A stretch of DNA of 64,000 bases from Mobula hypostoma (GCF_963921235.1 NC_086108.1:15066001-15130000); one strand, 5' to 3'; shown: positions 25,826-40,554, counted from the stretch's first letter. Numbers and translations: made by a program. The notes: a model not told the origin generated them from the letters alone.

Positions 25826-28800
25826 TCAAAATCAATATCATGTTTAATATCACTGGCATCTGTCATGAAATTTGATGTTTTGCAGCAGTAGTACATTGCA
25901 AAATTTAAATTAAATAAGCAGAGCAAAAACAAATAATAGTGAGGTAGTGTACAATGGTTCATTGTCTATTCAGAAAACTGATGGCGGAGGTGAAGAAACT
26001 TTTGCTAAAATATTGAGTCTGTCTTCAGGCTCTGGAACATCCTTGAAGGTAGCAATGAGAAGAGGGCATGTCCTGGATGATGGGGCGCCTTAATGATGAA
26101 TGTCGCCTTTTTGAGGCATCACATTTTGAAGATGTTGTCGATGCTAGGCAGGCTAGTGACCATGATGGAGCTAGCTGAGTTTGCAACTTTTTACAGCTTT
26201 TTCCAATCCTGTGCAGTGGTCCCTCCGTAGCAGATGGTGATGCAACCAGTTAGAATGCTCTCCACAGTACATCTGTCGAAATTTGTGAGAGTCCTTGGTG
26301 ACATGCAAAGTGTCCTTATAAACTCCGAATGAAATCTAGCCGCGATCATGCCTTCTTTGTAATTGTAACAATATATTGGGCCCAGTATAGATCCTCAGAG
26401 ACGTTGACACCCAGGAATCAGAAAATCACCCTTTCCACTGCTGATCCCACAATGAGGTCTGGTGTGTGTTCCCTTCAGTTTCCCCTTCCAGAAGTTCACA
26501 ATCACCTCCTTATCCTTACTGACGTTGAGTGCAAGGTTCTTATGACACCACTCAACCAGCTGATCTGTCTCACTCCTATATGCTTCCTCAACACCATTTG
26601 AAATTCTTCCAACAATAGTTGTGTTTTCGGCAAAAGTGCACACAGTTACAGCTGTAGAGAGGATGGAGCAGTGGAGCACGCATTTTTGAGGTTGATAGTC
26701 AGCAAGGAGACGATGCTATTTCCAATCTGCATTGACTGTGGACTTCCAATCAGGAAGTCAAGGATCCGGTTTGCAGTGGGAGGTATAAAGGCCCAGGTTT
26801 GGAGCTTGTTGATTAGTACTGAGGGTATGATGTTACTGAATGCTGAGCTGTAATCAATAAACAGCAGCCTAGCATAGGTATTGCGATTGTCCTGATGATC
26901 CAAGGCCAAGAGCAATCACCAGTGAGTTTACATTCCCTGTAGACCTATGTGGCAATAGGCAAATTGCAGCGGGTCCTGGTCCTTGCAAAAACAGGAGTCG
27001 GTTCTGATCATAATGATCACCCTCTCAAAAGCACTTCATCACATAGATGTGAGTGCAACTGGCCAATAGTCATTGAGGCAGCTCACCCTGCACTTTTTAG
27101 GGACTGGTATGATTCTCACCTTTCTGAAGCAGATGGGAGCCTCTGAATGTAGCAGTGAGAGATTGAAGATGCCCTTGAACACTCCTGCCAGTTGGTTTTC
27201 AATGCCACACCATCAGGGCAGATATCAGCTTCTGAAACCACAGGTTCATGAGATGCTGCAGGGATTCACACAGGTGTATTCGTATTCTCCCTTTAAGAAT
27301 GCATAAAAGGTGTTTAGCTCAGCTGCGAGTGAAGTGTCACAACCATTCATTTTAGGTTTTGCTTTGTTGGAAGAAATGGCCTGCAAATCCAATCAGAGCT
27401 GGCATGTATCTAATTCCATCTCTAACTTTAATCAGAATAGGTTGTGCCTGGACTTCTTGTATAGTTCTGGACCACAGGTGTTGAATACCACAGATCTAGC
27501 CCTCAGCAGACTATGAATCTTCTGTTCATCCATACCTTTCGATTTGTTTATGTTGTGTATGTTCTCGAAGGCACTTGCTCTTCCACTGTGGTCTTGATGA
27601 AGTCGGTGACTCGAAGATGAATCCCAGAATATTGTCCAGTTCACCAACTCTAAGCAGTCCTGTAAGCACTTCTCCGCCACCCTTGACCAAAACTTCTTGA
27701 TTCTCACCATTGGTGCTATTGTCTTTAGACTCTGCCTGTACACTGGGAGAGGAAGTTCAGACAGGTGATCGGACTTCCCAAAGTGCCGATCTTTAGACTC
27801 TGCCTGTAAGTGTTTTTGATGGTGGTGTAACAGTTGTCAAATGTGTTAGCTCCTCTGATTCCCTAGGTGGTATGTTGTTGGTAGTTTATCAGAGACTTCT
27901 TCAAACTGGTCTGCTTGAAATCCCCCATAGTTAATATTAGGGAAGGCATCAGCATTCACTGTTTTGTGACTGCTGATCACAATGCTCAGCGCCTGTTTGA
28001 CGACCAGAGGTGGAATATATACTGCTACCAGGATGATGGCGGAAAAAGCCCTTGGCAGATAAAATGGACGACACTTGACATTAGATGTTCCAGGTCAGGT
28101 GAGCAGCATTGAGAAAAAACAGCCATGTCTGTGCACCACAATGAATTATTTGTGAAGCATGCTTCGACTCCTCCAGAAGACTCAGCTGTCCTGTCTTTGC
28201 AGTGGATTGTGATGCCAGTGGGCTGCAGTGCTACATCCAGAATGGCAGGGGTGAGCCATATTTCCATAAAGCAAAGTACACAGCAGTTTCTGATGTCCCT
28301 CTGGTACTGCAGTCTTGCTGTGAGGTTTCCAACTTTATTTTAGACCATAAGACAAAGGAGCAGAAGTCGGCCAATCGTCCCATCAAGTCTGCTCTGCCAT
28401 TTTATCATGAGCTGATCCATTCTCCCATTTAGTCCCACTCCCCCGCCTTCTCATCATAATCTTTGATGCCCTGGCTACTCAGATACCTATCAATCTCTGC
28501 CTTAAATACACCCAGTGACTTGGCCTCCACTGCTGCCCTTGGCAACAAATTCCATAGATTCACCACCCTCTGACTAAAAATATTTCTTCGCATTTCTGTT
28601 CTGAATGGGCGCCCTTCAATCCTTAAGTCATGCCCTCTCGTACTAGACTCCCCCATCATGGGAAACAACTTTGCCACATCCACTCTGTCCATGCCTTTCA
28701 ACATTCGAAAGGTTTCTATGAGGTCTCCCCTCATTCTTCTAAACTCCAAGGAATACAGTCCGAGAGCGGACAAACGTTCCTCATATGTCAACCCTCTCAT

Positions 28801-31480
28801 TCCCGGAATCACTCTAGTGAATCTTCTCTGTACCCTCTCCAACGTCAGCACATCCTTTCTTAAATAAGGAGACCGAAACTGCCCACAGTACTCCAAGTGA
28901 GGTCTCACCAGCGCCTTATAGATCCTCAACATCACATCCCTGCTCCTATACTCTATTCCTCTAGAAATGAATGCCAACATTGCATTCGCCTTCTTCACTA
29001 CCGACTCAACCTGGAGGTTAACCTTAAGGGTATCCTGTACGAGGACTCCCAAGTCCCGTTGCATCTCTGAACTTTGAATTCTTTCCCCATTTAAATAATA
29101 GTCTGCCTGTTTATTTCTTCTACCAAAGTGCATAACCATACACTTTCCAACATTGTATTTCATTTGCCACTTCTTCGTCCATTCTTCCCATCCATCCAAG
29201 TCTCTCTGCAGGCTCTCCGTTTCCTCAGCACTACTGGCCCCTCCACCTATCTTCGTATCGTCAGCAAACTTAGCCACAAAGCCATCTATTCCATAATCCA
29301 AATCATTGATGTACAGTGTAAAAAGAAGTGGCCCCAACACGGACCCCTGTGGAACACCACTGGTAACCGGCAGCCAACCAGAATAGGATCCCTTTATTCC
29401 CACTCTCTGTTTCCTGCCAATCAGCCAACACTTTATCCACGTATGTAACTTCCCTGTAATTCTATGGGCTCTTATCTTGTTAAGTAGCCTCATGTGTGGC
29501 ACCTTGTCAAAGGCCTTCTGAAAATCCAAATGTACAACATCCACTGCATCTCCCTTGTCTAGCCTACTGGTAATTTCCTCAAAAAATTGTAATAGGTTTA
29601 TCAAGCAGGATTTTCCTTTAAGGAATCCATGCTGAGTTCTGCCTATCTTGTCATATGCCTCGAGGTACTCTGTAACCTCATCCTTGATGATCGACTCCAA
29701 CAACTTCCCAACCACCAATGTCAAGCTAACAGGTCTATAATTTCCTTTTCGTTCTTCCTTGTCCCCTTTTTAAATAGCGGAGTGACATTTGCAATCTTCC
29801 AGTCCTACGGAACCATGCCAGAATCATTGACTTTTGAAAGATCATCGCTAATACCTCCGCAATCTCCACAGCTACTTCCTTCAGAACATGAGGGTGCATT
29901 CCATCTGGTCTGGGAGATTTATCTACCTTTAGACTATTCAGCTTCCTGAGTACTTCCTCTGTCGTAATTGTGACTGCGCACACTTCTCTTCCCTGCCACC
30001 CTTGAGTGTCCGGTATACTGCTGATGTCTTCCTCGGTGAAAACTGATGCAAAATACTTGTTCAGTTCCTCCGCCATCTCCTTATCTCCCATTACAGTTTC
30101 TCCAGCATCATTTTCTATCAGTCCTATATCTACTTTCACCTGTCTTTTACTCTTTATATACTTGAAAAAGCTTTTAGTATCCTTTTTGATATTATTTGCT
30201 GGCTTCCTTTCATAGTTAATCTTTTCCCTCTTAATGACCTTCTTAGTTTCCTTTTGTAAGGTTTTAAAAACTTCCCAATCCTCTGTCTTTCCACTAATTT
30301 TTGCTTCCTTGTATGCCCTCTCCTTTGCTTTAACTTTGGCTTTGACTTCTCTTGTCAACCATGGTTGCATCCTTTTTCCATTCGAAAATTTCTTCTTTTT
30401 TGGACTATACCTGTCTTGCACCTTCCTCACTTCTCGCATAAACTCCAGCCACTGCTGCTCTGCCGTCTTTCCCGCCAGTGTCCCTTTCCAGTCAACTTTG
30501 GCCAGTTCCTCTCTCATGCCACTGTAATTTCCTTTACTCCACTGAAATACTGACACATCAGATTTCGGCTTCTCTTTTTCAAATTTCACAGTGAACTCAA
30601 TCATGTTATGATCACTGCCTCCTAAGGGTTCCTTCACCTCAATCTCTAATCACCTCTGGTTCATTACACAATACCCAATCCAGTACAGCTAATCCCCTCG
30701 TGGGCTCAACAACAAGCTGTTCTAAAAAGCCATCTCGCAGACATTCTACAAGTTCTCTCTCTTGAGATCCAATGCCAACCTGATTCTTCCAATCCACTCG
30801 CATGTTAAAATCCCCCACAATTATCATAACACTGCCCTTCTGACAAGCTTTTTCTATTTCCTGTTGTAATTTGTAGTCCACATCACTGCAGCTGTTTGGA
30901 GGCCTATAAATAACTGCCATCAGGGTCCTTTCACCCCTGCGATTTCTTAGCTCAACCCATAAAGATTCTGCACCTTCTGATCCTATATCACCTCTTTCTA
31001 ATGATTTAATATCATTTCTTACCAATAAAGCCATCCTCCCCCTCTGCCTACCTTCCTATCCTTCTGATACACCGTGTATCCTTGGACGTTTAGCTCCCAG
31101 AGACATGCAAACTTTAGCCACGTCTCAGTGATGGCCACAATATCATACCTGCCAATCTGTAGCTGTACGACAAGATCATCCACCTTATTCCTTATGCTGT
31201 GTGCATTTTAGTATAACACCTTAAGACCAGTATTTGGTACTTTTGGCATTGATTTCACTGCAACTTTATTTTCCAGCGACTGTACATTCACTAGCAGGAT
31301 GAGTTGGAGGGGGGTGTCTAAAGGCTCATTTCTTATTTCTTAAAGAGGAGCTACACTTGCAACTCAAGGCTATTGTCTGGGGTCTGTTGATTTTGAGGAT
31401 TGATAGATTTTTTTTAAACGTCTTAAAATCAGTGATGTTGCTTACTGAAGTACACGTGGTTGGGATTGGATTTCAGCTGT
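25826..31480 (-). mobile_element. Degenerate Rex1/Babar-type LINE (APE-RT) interrupted by a CR1
   Basis: YARLLFIDYSSAFSNIIP, WCHKNLALNVSK motifs; APE start ILLVNVQSLENK is split by the CR1 insertion. Confidence 0.8.
28342..31260 (-). mobile_element. Young 5'-truncated CR1 LINE (APE plus RT, few frameshifts)
   Basis: ORFs 28429..29724 (FADDTK), 29735..30637, 30639..31034; 12-bp TSD caactttatttt at 28330-28341 and 31261-31272. Confidence 0.95.
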
Positions 31481-31767
31481 AGTAGTCCTAAACGGGAATA
31501 TTTGATGATTCCTTTCAGAGCTGCACGTAAAGAGTCCCACTAATCAGTGACTTTTGTCAAACAGTGTATATTAGGTCATGACCAGTGTAAGAGCTGGTGA
31601 TATAATTGTTGAATACATGAAGTGAGAGTGAAGTATAAAGAGAGTGAGTAAGTTCCTGGAGTATCTGAAAGAGTAGTGTGTAGATGGGGTTTGGAAGTAG
31701 TCCATGACAGGAAAGGAAGGACAAAGGTGTGCAAATGGTGTTATAGATGCAGGACAATCCAAATCAC

Positions 31768-33780
31768 TAGAAACCATAGAAACTACAGCACAGAAACAGG
31801 CCTTTTGGCCCTTCTTGGCTGTGCCGAACCATTTTCTGCCTAGTCCCACTGACCTGCACACAGACCATATCCCTCCATACACCTCCCATCCATGTATCTG
31901 TCCAATTTATTCTTAAATGTTAAAAAAGAACCCGCATTTACCACCTCTTCTGGCAGCTCATTCCATACTCCCACCACTCTCTGTGTGAAGAAGCCCCCAC
32001 TAATGTTCCCTTTAAACTCCCCCCCCCCACCCTAAACCCATGTCCTCTGGTTTTTTTCTCCCCTTGCCTCAGTGGAAAAAGCCTGCTTGCATTCACTCTG
32101 TCTATACCCATCATAATTTTATATACCTCTATCAAATCTCCCCTCATTCTTCTACGCTCCAGGGAATAAAGTCCCAACCTATTCAACCTTCCTCTGTAAC
32201 TGAGTTTCTCAAGTCCCGGCAACATCCTTGTAAACCTTCTCTGCACTCTTTCAACCTTAGTTATATCCTTCCTGTAATTTGGTGACCAAAACTGAACACA
32301 ATACTCTAGATTCGGCCTCACATTCCAGCTCTTATACTCAATACTTTGATTAATAAAGGCCAATGTACCAAAAGCTCTCTTTCGACCCTATCTACCTGTG
32401 ATGCCACTTTTAGGGAATTTTGTATCTGTATTCCCAGATCCCTCTGTTCCACTGCACTCCTCAGTGCCTTACCATTAACCCTGTATGTTCTACGTTGGTT
32501 TGTCCTTCCAACGTGCAATACCTCACACTTGTCAGTATTAAACTCCGTCTGCCATTTCTTAGCCCATTTTTCTAGCTGGTCCAAGTCCCTCTGCAGGCTC
32601 TGAAAACCTTCTTCACTGTCTACTACACCTCCAATCTTTGTATCATCAGCAAACTTGCTGATCCAATTTACCACATTATCATCCAGATCATTGATATAGA
32701 TGACAAATTACAATGGACCCAGCACTGATCCCTGTGTCACACCACTAGTCACAGGCCTCCACTCAGAGAAGCAATTCTCTACCACCACTCTCTGGCTTCT
32801 TCCATCGAGCCAATGTCTAATCCAATTTACCACCTCTCCATGTATACCTAGCGACTGAATTTTCCTAACTAACCTCCCATGCGGGACCTTGTCAAAGGCC
32901 TTACTGAAGTCCATGTAGACAATATCCGCTGCCTTCCCTTCATCCACTTTCCTGGTAACCTCCTCGAAAAACTCCAATAGATTGGTCAAACATGACCTAC
33001 CACGCACAAAGCTATGTTGACTCTCCCTAATAAGTCCCAGTCTATCCAAATGCTTGTAGATTCTGTCTCTTAGTACTCCCTCCAATAACTTACCTACTAC
33101 CGACGTTAAACTTACTGGCCTATAATTTCCCGGATTACTTTTTGATCCTTTTTTAAACAACAGAACAACATGTGCCACTCTCCAATCCTCCGGCACCTCA
33201 CCTGTAGACAGCGACATTTTAAATATTTCTGCCAGGGCCCCTGCAATTTCAACACTAGTCTCCTTCAAGGTCCGAGGGAACACCATGTCAGGTCCCGGGG
33301 ATTTATCCACTTTAATTTTCCTCAAGACAGCAAGGACCTCCTCCTTTTGGATCTGTACAGGTTCCCTGATCTCACTACTTGTTTCCCTTAATTCCATAGA
33401 CTTCATGCCAGTTTCCTTAGTAAACACAGACGCAAAAGCCTATTTAAGATCTCCCCCATTTCCTTTGGTTCCGCACATAGCCGACCACTCTGATCTTCAA
33501 GAGGACCAATTTTATCCCTTACAATCCTTTTGCTCTTAATATACCTGTAAAAGCTCTTTGGATTATCCTTCACTTTGACTGCCAAGGCAACCTCATGTCT
33601 TTTAGCCCTCCTGATTTCTTTCTTAAGTATTTTCTTGCACTTCTTATACTCCTCAAGCACCTTATTTACTCCCTGCTTCCTATACACGTCATACAACTCC
33701 CTCTTCTTCTTTATCAGAGTTGCAATATCCCTTGAGAACCAAGGTTCCTTATTCCTATTCACCTTGCCTTTAATCCTGAC
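31768..33780 (-). mobile_element. 5'-truncated CR1 LINE (second subfamily)
   Basis: ORFs 31938..33762 with YMDFSKAFDKVPH and SKFADDTK; tail tagaaaccatagaaac. Confidence 0.93.
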
Positions 33781-34224
33781 ACTGATAAATATGTGGAATA
33801 TAATTGCTGATGTTAATGTATTGTTAAGCTGCCTTAGTGGAGTATAATTGAGACTAAAGGTCTTTGAGAGGTGATGGGATGTGTGAGTACTTTGTGTGTC
33901 ATCTTCATTGTCTAGGTCCGTTGAATGTCGTGTGGAGTGGCTGAATCAGACTTATTATAATTTTACCTTTGAGACTAGACATATTTTCCCAAAGCCGATA
34001 TCAGTAGATGGTCTGAGATTGTGGAAGCATATTAATGAGAGGCAAAGGGTCTTCTGGCATTGTGAGTTTGTGTGGAAGCGCTGTATTCCAGTGGCTCCCA
34101 CTTAATCTTTTACAAGCTTGGTTTGAATCTTTTCACTTGGATGTTTTGTGATGTTGCGATTACCCAGATGGGACTTGGAACTTCACAAAGATAAGTTATA
34201 ACTGTTTATGTAATTATTTCCCAG

Positions 34225-34357
34225 CTGCAAACACCAGCCTCCTTTGCGCAGAGTGTTCAGGAGCTGACAATTGCCCTGCAACGAACTGGGGATCCTGCCA
34301 ATCTGAACCGGCTGAGGCCACACCTGGAACTACTGGCCAACATTGACCCCAGCCCAG
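34225..34357 (+). CDS. RC3H1: Roquin-1 exon (approx. 7), [49 protein letters not shown]
   Basis: Manual translation (not in ORF track); cccag acceptor, G|gtaca donor; 133 bp. Confidence 0.96.
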
Positions 34358-34874
34358 GTACAAACATTGTTTCATCTCACACAAGTCAGCTCAAAGTTTA
34401 ATTATGCAGCAAAACACACAAACCCACAACAATGTTGTGTTTCATTTTTAACAGACTAAAATGTTCTGGGCCCAGATCTGTGGCTAGTTCTAGAATAAGT
34501 TGCATATTTCCTTATGAAAGAATTAAGTCATATTCCTTGGATGGGGGAAAATAATCTGCATGCTCTGTAAGGAAGAAAGTGATGGACAATGTAAATGGCC
34601 AATGAATAGCTCCAAATGGGTTTCTGGTATTAATTAAACGACTGGTAGTGCCTTACCTTTTTGACTCCTCTAAATTTGCAGGGCTTTCTGCATTATTTAT
34701 GAGTTTGTGTCACACTGATTACCCAGCAATGAATATCTTTCAAGTTCACCAGGGTCAGACTTCTGTGACCCTGTCAGGATTCTTCTGAAGGTGGACTTCT
34801 ATCATACCATGCATGAATTCCCCTGTCCTCCTCTGTCCTCGTCTAACCCGTATGTTTGCCGAATCTCTCTGCAG

Positions 34875-34993
34875 ATGCCCCTCCTCCGACATGGGAGCAG
34901 CTGGAATTTGGGCTGGTGGCTGTAAAGACTGTCGTGCACGGACTGGTGGATTTTGTACAGAACCATAGCAAGAAAGGAACAGACCAGCAGCAG
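34875..34993 (+). CDS. RC3H1: Roquin-1 exon (approx. 8): (D)[39 protein letters not shown]
   Basis: Manual translation; ctgcag acceptor, CAG|gtaatc donor; 119 bp, phase 1 to 0. Confidence 0.95.
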
Positions 34994-35704
34994 GTAATCG
35001 GAAATGTGGCCAACTTTATAGGAGCCATGTGATTTCACTGGAGAGGGTGCAGATTTACGTGCCAGGAGCAGGAAAATGTAGCTGTGGGGAATAAATAGGC
35101 TATGAATTAAAATAGGGGAGCAAAGTTCAAAGTAAATTTATTATCAAGGTACATGTGTGTCACTATATACAACCCTGCGATTCATTTTCTGCAGGCATTC
35201 ACAGTAGAAACATGATAGAATAAGTGAAAAACCACGCTCAACAAAGATGGAGACACAACCAATGGTAAAGACAACAAACTGCAAATACAAAAATAGATAA
35301 ATAAGCTATAGGACATGAATTGTGTAGTCCTTAAAAGTGAGTCCATCGATTGTGGTAATCAGTTCAGTATTAGAGTGAGTGAAGTTATCCCGTCTGGTTC
35401 AGGAGTCTGATAGCTGGGGGGTAATAACTGTTCCCGAACCTGGTGGTGTGGGATTTGAGCCTCCTGTACTTCCTGCCTAGTGGCAGCAGCAAGAAGAGAG
35501 CCTTGCCTGGATTTTGCAGGTCCTTAATGGTGGGTGCTACTTTCCTGTGACAGCATCCATGTAGATATGCTCAATGGTGGGGAGATCTTTACCTGTGATG
35601 GACTGGGCTGTATCCAGTTATTTTTGTAAGATTTTCCATTCAAAGGTACTGGTGTTTCCATACCAGGCACTGTTGCAACTAGTCAGTGTACTCTCCACCA
35701 CGTA

Positions 35705-37296
35705 TAGTGCCTATAAAAAAGTAATCACACCACCTCCCCCTTGGAAGTTTTCATGTTTTATTGTTTTACAACATTGAATCACAGTGGATTTAATTTGGCT
35801 TTGGTTTTTTGTCACTGATCAACAGAGAAAGACTCTTTCGTATCAAAGTAAAAAACAGATCTCTACAGAAGTGATCTAAATTAGTTACAAATATAAAACA
35901 TAAAATAATTAATTGCGTAAGTATTCACCCCTTTGAAGTCAGTATTTAGTAGGTGCACCTTGGAAGTAATCACAGCCTTGAGTCTGTGTGAATAGGTCTC
36001 TATCAGCTTTGCAAATCTGGCAATTTTTTCCCATTCTTCTTTACTGCTTAAGCTCAGTCAGATTGCATGGGGATCGTGAGTGAACAGCCCTTTCAAATCC
36101 AGCCACAAATTCTCAATTGGATTGAGGTCTGGACTCTGACTTGGCCACTCCAGCATATTAACTTTGCTGTTTTTAAGCCATTCCTGTGTAGCTTTGGCTT
36201 TATGCTTGGGGACATTGTCTTGCTGAAAAGCAAATCTCCCAAGTCTCAGTTCTCTTGCAGACTGCGTCAGGTTTTCCTCCAGGATTTCCCTGTATTTTGC
36301 TGCATTTATTTTACCCTCTACCTTCACAAGCCTTCCAGGGCCTGCTGCAGTGAAGCATCCCCACAGCATGATGCAGCCATCACCATGCTTCATGGTAGGA
36401 ATGGTGTGTTTTTGATGATGGGCGGTGTTTTGCAAATGCCAAAAATAGCATTTAGTCTGATGGCCAAAAAGCTCAATTTTGGTTTCATCAGATCATAGAA
36501 TTTTCTTCCAGCTAACTTCGGAGTCTCCCACGTGCCTTCAGGCAAACTCTAGCTGAAATTTCATGTGGGGTTTTTTTTCCCAACAGTGGCTTTCTCTTTG
36601 CCACTGTCCCATAAAGCTGGATTGATGAAGCACCAGGGCAGCAGTTGTTGTATGTGCTGTCTCTCCCATCTCAGCCACTGAGGCTTGTAACTTGTCCAGA
36701 GTTCTCATCGGTCTCTTGGTGGCCTCCCTCACTAGTTTCCTTCTTGCACGGTCACTCCGTTTTTGAGGATGGCCTCCTCTAGGCAGATTTACAGCTGTGC
36801 CATATTCTTTCCATTTCTTGATGATTGACTAAACTGTACTCAAAGGGATATTCAGTGACTTGGAAATCTTTTTGTATCCATCTCCTGACTTGTGCTTTTC
36901 ATGGATATGCTTTTGTCTTCATGGTGTAGTTTTTGCCAGGATACTGACTCAGCAGTTGGACCTTCCAGATCCAGGTGTATTTTTACTGCAATCAATTGAA
37001 ACACCTTGACTACACATGGTGATCTTCGTTTAATGAATTATGGGACTTCTGAAACCAGTTGGCTGCACCAGTGATGATCTAGTGTGTCATATTAAAGTGG
37101 GGGAATGAATACTTTTGCAATCAATTATTTTGTGGTTTATATTTTTAATTAGTTTAGATCACTTTGTAAAGATCTCTTCATTTTGACACGAATGGTCTTT
37201 TAGTTGATGAGTGTCAAAAAAGTGAAATTAAATCCATTGTGATTCAATGTCGTAGAACAATGAAACATGAAAACTTCCAATGGAGCATAGACGCTG
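35705..37296 (-). mobile_element. Tc1 transposon with long (about 200 bp) inverted repeats; degenerate transposase
   Basis: ORF 36058..36435 MLWGCF...FQQDNVPKH...EWPSQSPDLNPIENLW; IRs about 35705-35930 and 37100-37296; TA flanks. Confidence 0.9.
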
Positions 37297-38888
37297 TACC
37301 TATAGAAGTTTGTCAAAGTTTTAGGTGACCTGCCAAATCTATGCAAATGTCTAGAAAGAAGAAGTGCTGCTGTGCCTTCTTTGTAATGGCAGTTACATGC
37401 TGGATCCAGGACCAGACCCTCTGAAATAATAACGCCAAGGAATTTCAAGTTGCTGACCTTCTCCACCTCTGAGGACTGGTTCATGGACCTCTGGTTTCCA
37501 CCTCCTGTAGTCAGTAATCAGCTGTTTGGTTTTGCTGACATTAAATGAGAGTTTATTTTTGTGACACGACTCAGCCAGATTTTCAATCTCCCTCGTATAT
37601 ACTGATTCGTCACCACTATTGATTCAGTCCACAACAGTAGTGTCATTAACAAACTTAAATAGGGCATTGGAGCTGTACTGCCTCACACTCATCAATGTAA
37701 AGCAAGTAGAGTGTGGGGTGGAGGTGAAACACACAACCTTTGGGGTGCATCTGTACTGATGGTGATTGTGGAGGGGGTGTTGTTGCCAATCCGAACTGAC
37801 TGGGATCTGCAGGTGGGGAAATTGAAGATTCAGTTGCACAAGGAAGTAGTGAAGCTTGGATATTATTTATTAGGTTTGAGGGGATAATAGTGTTGAATGC
37901 AGAGCTATAGTCAATGAAGAGCATCCTGGTATTTTCATCTTCACTATCCAGATGTTCCAAGGTTGAGTGAAGAGCCAATGAGATAGAATCTGCTGTTGAC
38001 TTGTGACAGTAGGCAAATTGGAGTGGATCCAAGTCATTCCTCAGGCAGGAGTTGATGTGCTTTATTGCCAACCTGTCAAAACACTTCATTGCAGTGCATG
38101 CAAATGCTAATGGACAGTAGTCAATAAGGCAAGTTAGCACACACTTTTTGCAATTGAAGTATAATTGAAGCAAGTAGGTACTTCAGACTGCCAAAGCGAG
38201 ACGTTAAAGATATTAGTGAACGCTCAAGCCAGTTGATTAGCACAGGTTGTCAGTACAAAGCTAGGTAGCCCATCTGGGCCAGTTGCTTTTTGTGGGTTTA
38301 CTTTCCTGAAGGATGCTCTCATGTCAGCCTCAGAGACTGGAATCACAGGTCATCAGGGGTTGTGGGAATTTGTGAAGGTGCCTCCATGTTTTGATGATCA
38401 AAGTGTGCATAAAAAGCATTGAGCCCATCTGGAAGCTAAACCTTTTGTCACCTATAGTGCTTGGTTTCACTTTTTAGGAGGCAGGCATTCAAGCCCTGCC
38501 TCAGCTATCGAGCATCCTTCTGTGATTCAAGTTTGGTCTGGAATTGTCATTTCGCACATGAGATGGCTTTCCAGAGGATGCACCTGGACCTTGTATTTTA
38601 CCTGGTTGCCAGACCTGAATGCCACTGATCTGATCTGCAGCAAATTGCTATCTCTTGGCTTCTGGTTGGAGAAGACTTAGAAAGATTTTGTGCAGACACA
38701 CTTGTCCATGACTACCTTTATAAAGTCAGTGACAACTGTGGCATGTTCATTCAGATCCTTTTAGTCTTTGAACATGGCCCAGTCCACCAACTCAAAGCAA
38801 TCCCATAGCTGCTGCTCCTCTGCCTTCAGCAACCTCCTCTTCGTTGTTGTTACCTCTGAAGCCCTGATCTTTAGCCTGTGCCTGTATC

Positions 38889-40554
38889 TTCCGGAAATAG
38901 TAGGGGACAGAGGGTCCAGTGAGATGGAGGAACTGAGGGAAATACATGTTAGTAGGGAAATGGTGTTAGGTAAATTGAAGGGATTAAAGGCAGATAAATC
39001 CCCATGGCCAGATGGTCTGCATCCCAGAGTGCTTAAGGAAGTAGCCCAAGAAATAGTGGATGCATTAGTGATAATTTTTCAAAACTCTTTAGATTCTGGA
39101 CTGGTTCCTGAGGATTAGAGAGTGGCTAATGTAACCCCGCTTTTTAAAAAAGCAGAGAGAAACCGGGGAATTATAGACCGGTTAGCCTAACATCGGTGGT
39201 GGGGAAAATGCTAGAATCAGTTATCAAAGATGTGATAACAGCACATTTGGAAAGCGGTGAAATCATTGGACAAAGTCAGCATGGATTTCTGAAAGGAAAA
39301 TCATGTCTGACAAATCTCATAGAATTTTTTGAGGATGTAACTAGTAGAGTGGATAGGGGAGAACCAGTGGATGTGGTATATTTGGATTTTCGAAAGGCTT
39401 TTGACAAGGTCCCACACAGGAGATTAGTGTGCAAACTTAAAGCACACAGTATTGATGTGGATAGAGAATTGGTTGGCAAACAGGAAGCAGAGTGGGAATA
39501 AACGGGACCTTTTCAGAATGGCAGGCAGTGACTAGTGGGGTACCGCAAGGCTCAGTGCTGGGACCCCAGTTGTTTACAATATATATTAATGACTTAGATG
39601 AGGGAATTAAATGCAGCATCTCCAAGTTTGCAGATGACACGAAGCTGGGCAGCAGTTAGCTGTGAGGAGGATGCTAAGAGGATGCATGACGACTTGGATA
39701 GGTTAGGTGAGTGGGCAGATTCATGGCAGATGCAATTTAATGTGGATAAATGTGAGGTTATCCACTTTGGTGGCAAAAACAGGAAAACAGATTATTATCT
39801 GAATGGTGGCCGATTAGGAAAAGGGGAGGTGCAACGAGACCTGGGTGTCATTATACACCAGTCATTGAAAGTGGGCATGCAGGTACAGCAGGCGGTGAAA
39901 AAGGCAAATGGTATGCTGGCATTCATAGCAAGAGGATTAGAGTACAGGAGCAGGGAGGTACTACTGCAGTTGTACAAGGCCTTGGTGAGACCACACCTGG
40001 AGTATTGTGTGCAGTTTTGGTCCCCTAATCTGAGGAAAAGACATCTTTGCCATAGAGGGAGTACAAAGAAAGTTCACCAGATTGATTCCTGGGATGGCAG
40101 GACTTTCATATGATGAAAGACTGGATGAACTAAGCTTATACTCGTTGGAATTTAGAAGATTGATGGGGGATCTTATTGAAACGTATAAAATCCTAAAGGG
40201 ATTGGACAGGCTAGATGCAGGAAGATTGTTCCTGATGTTGGGGAAGTCCAGAACGCGGGGTCACAGTTTGAGGATAAAGGGGAAGCCTTTTAGGACCGAG
40301 ATGAGGAAAAACTTCTTCACACAGAGAGTGGTGAATCTGTGGAATTCTCTGCCACAGGAAACAGTTGAGGCCAGTTCATTGGCTATATTTAAGAGGGAGT
40401 TAGATATGGCCCTTGTGGCTAAAGGGATCAGGGGGTATGGAAGGAAGGCTGGTACAGGATTCTGAGTTGGATGATCAGCCATGATCATACTGAATGGTGG
40501 TGCAGGCTCAAAGGGCCAAATGGCCTACTCCTGCACCTATATTCTATGTTTCTA
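38889..40554 (+). mobile_element. 5'-truncated CR1 LINE
   Basis: YLDFRKAFDKVPH and LYKALVRPHLEYCVQFWSP motifs; tail ctatattctatgtttcta. Confidence 0.93.

Noticed and set aside
34358..34874. Possible C/D snoRNA in the short intron (human RC3H2 hosts SNORD90)
   Set aside because: No RUGAUGA C box found upstream of the ctga near 34785
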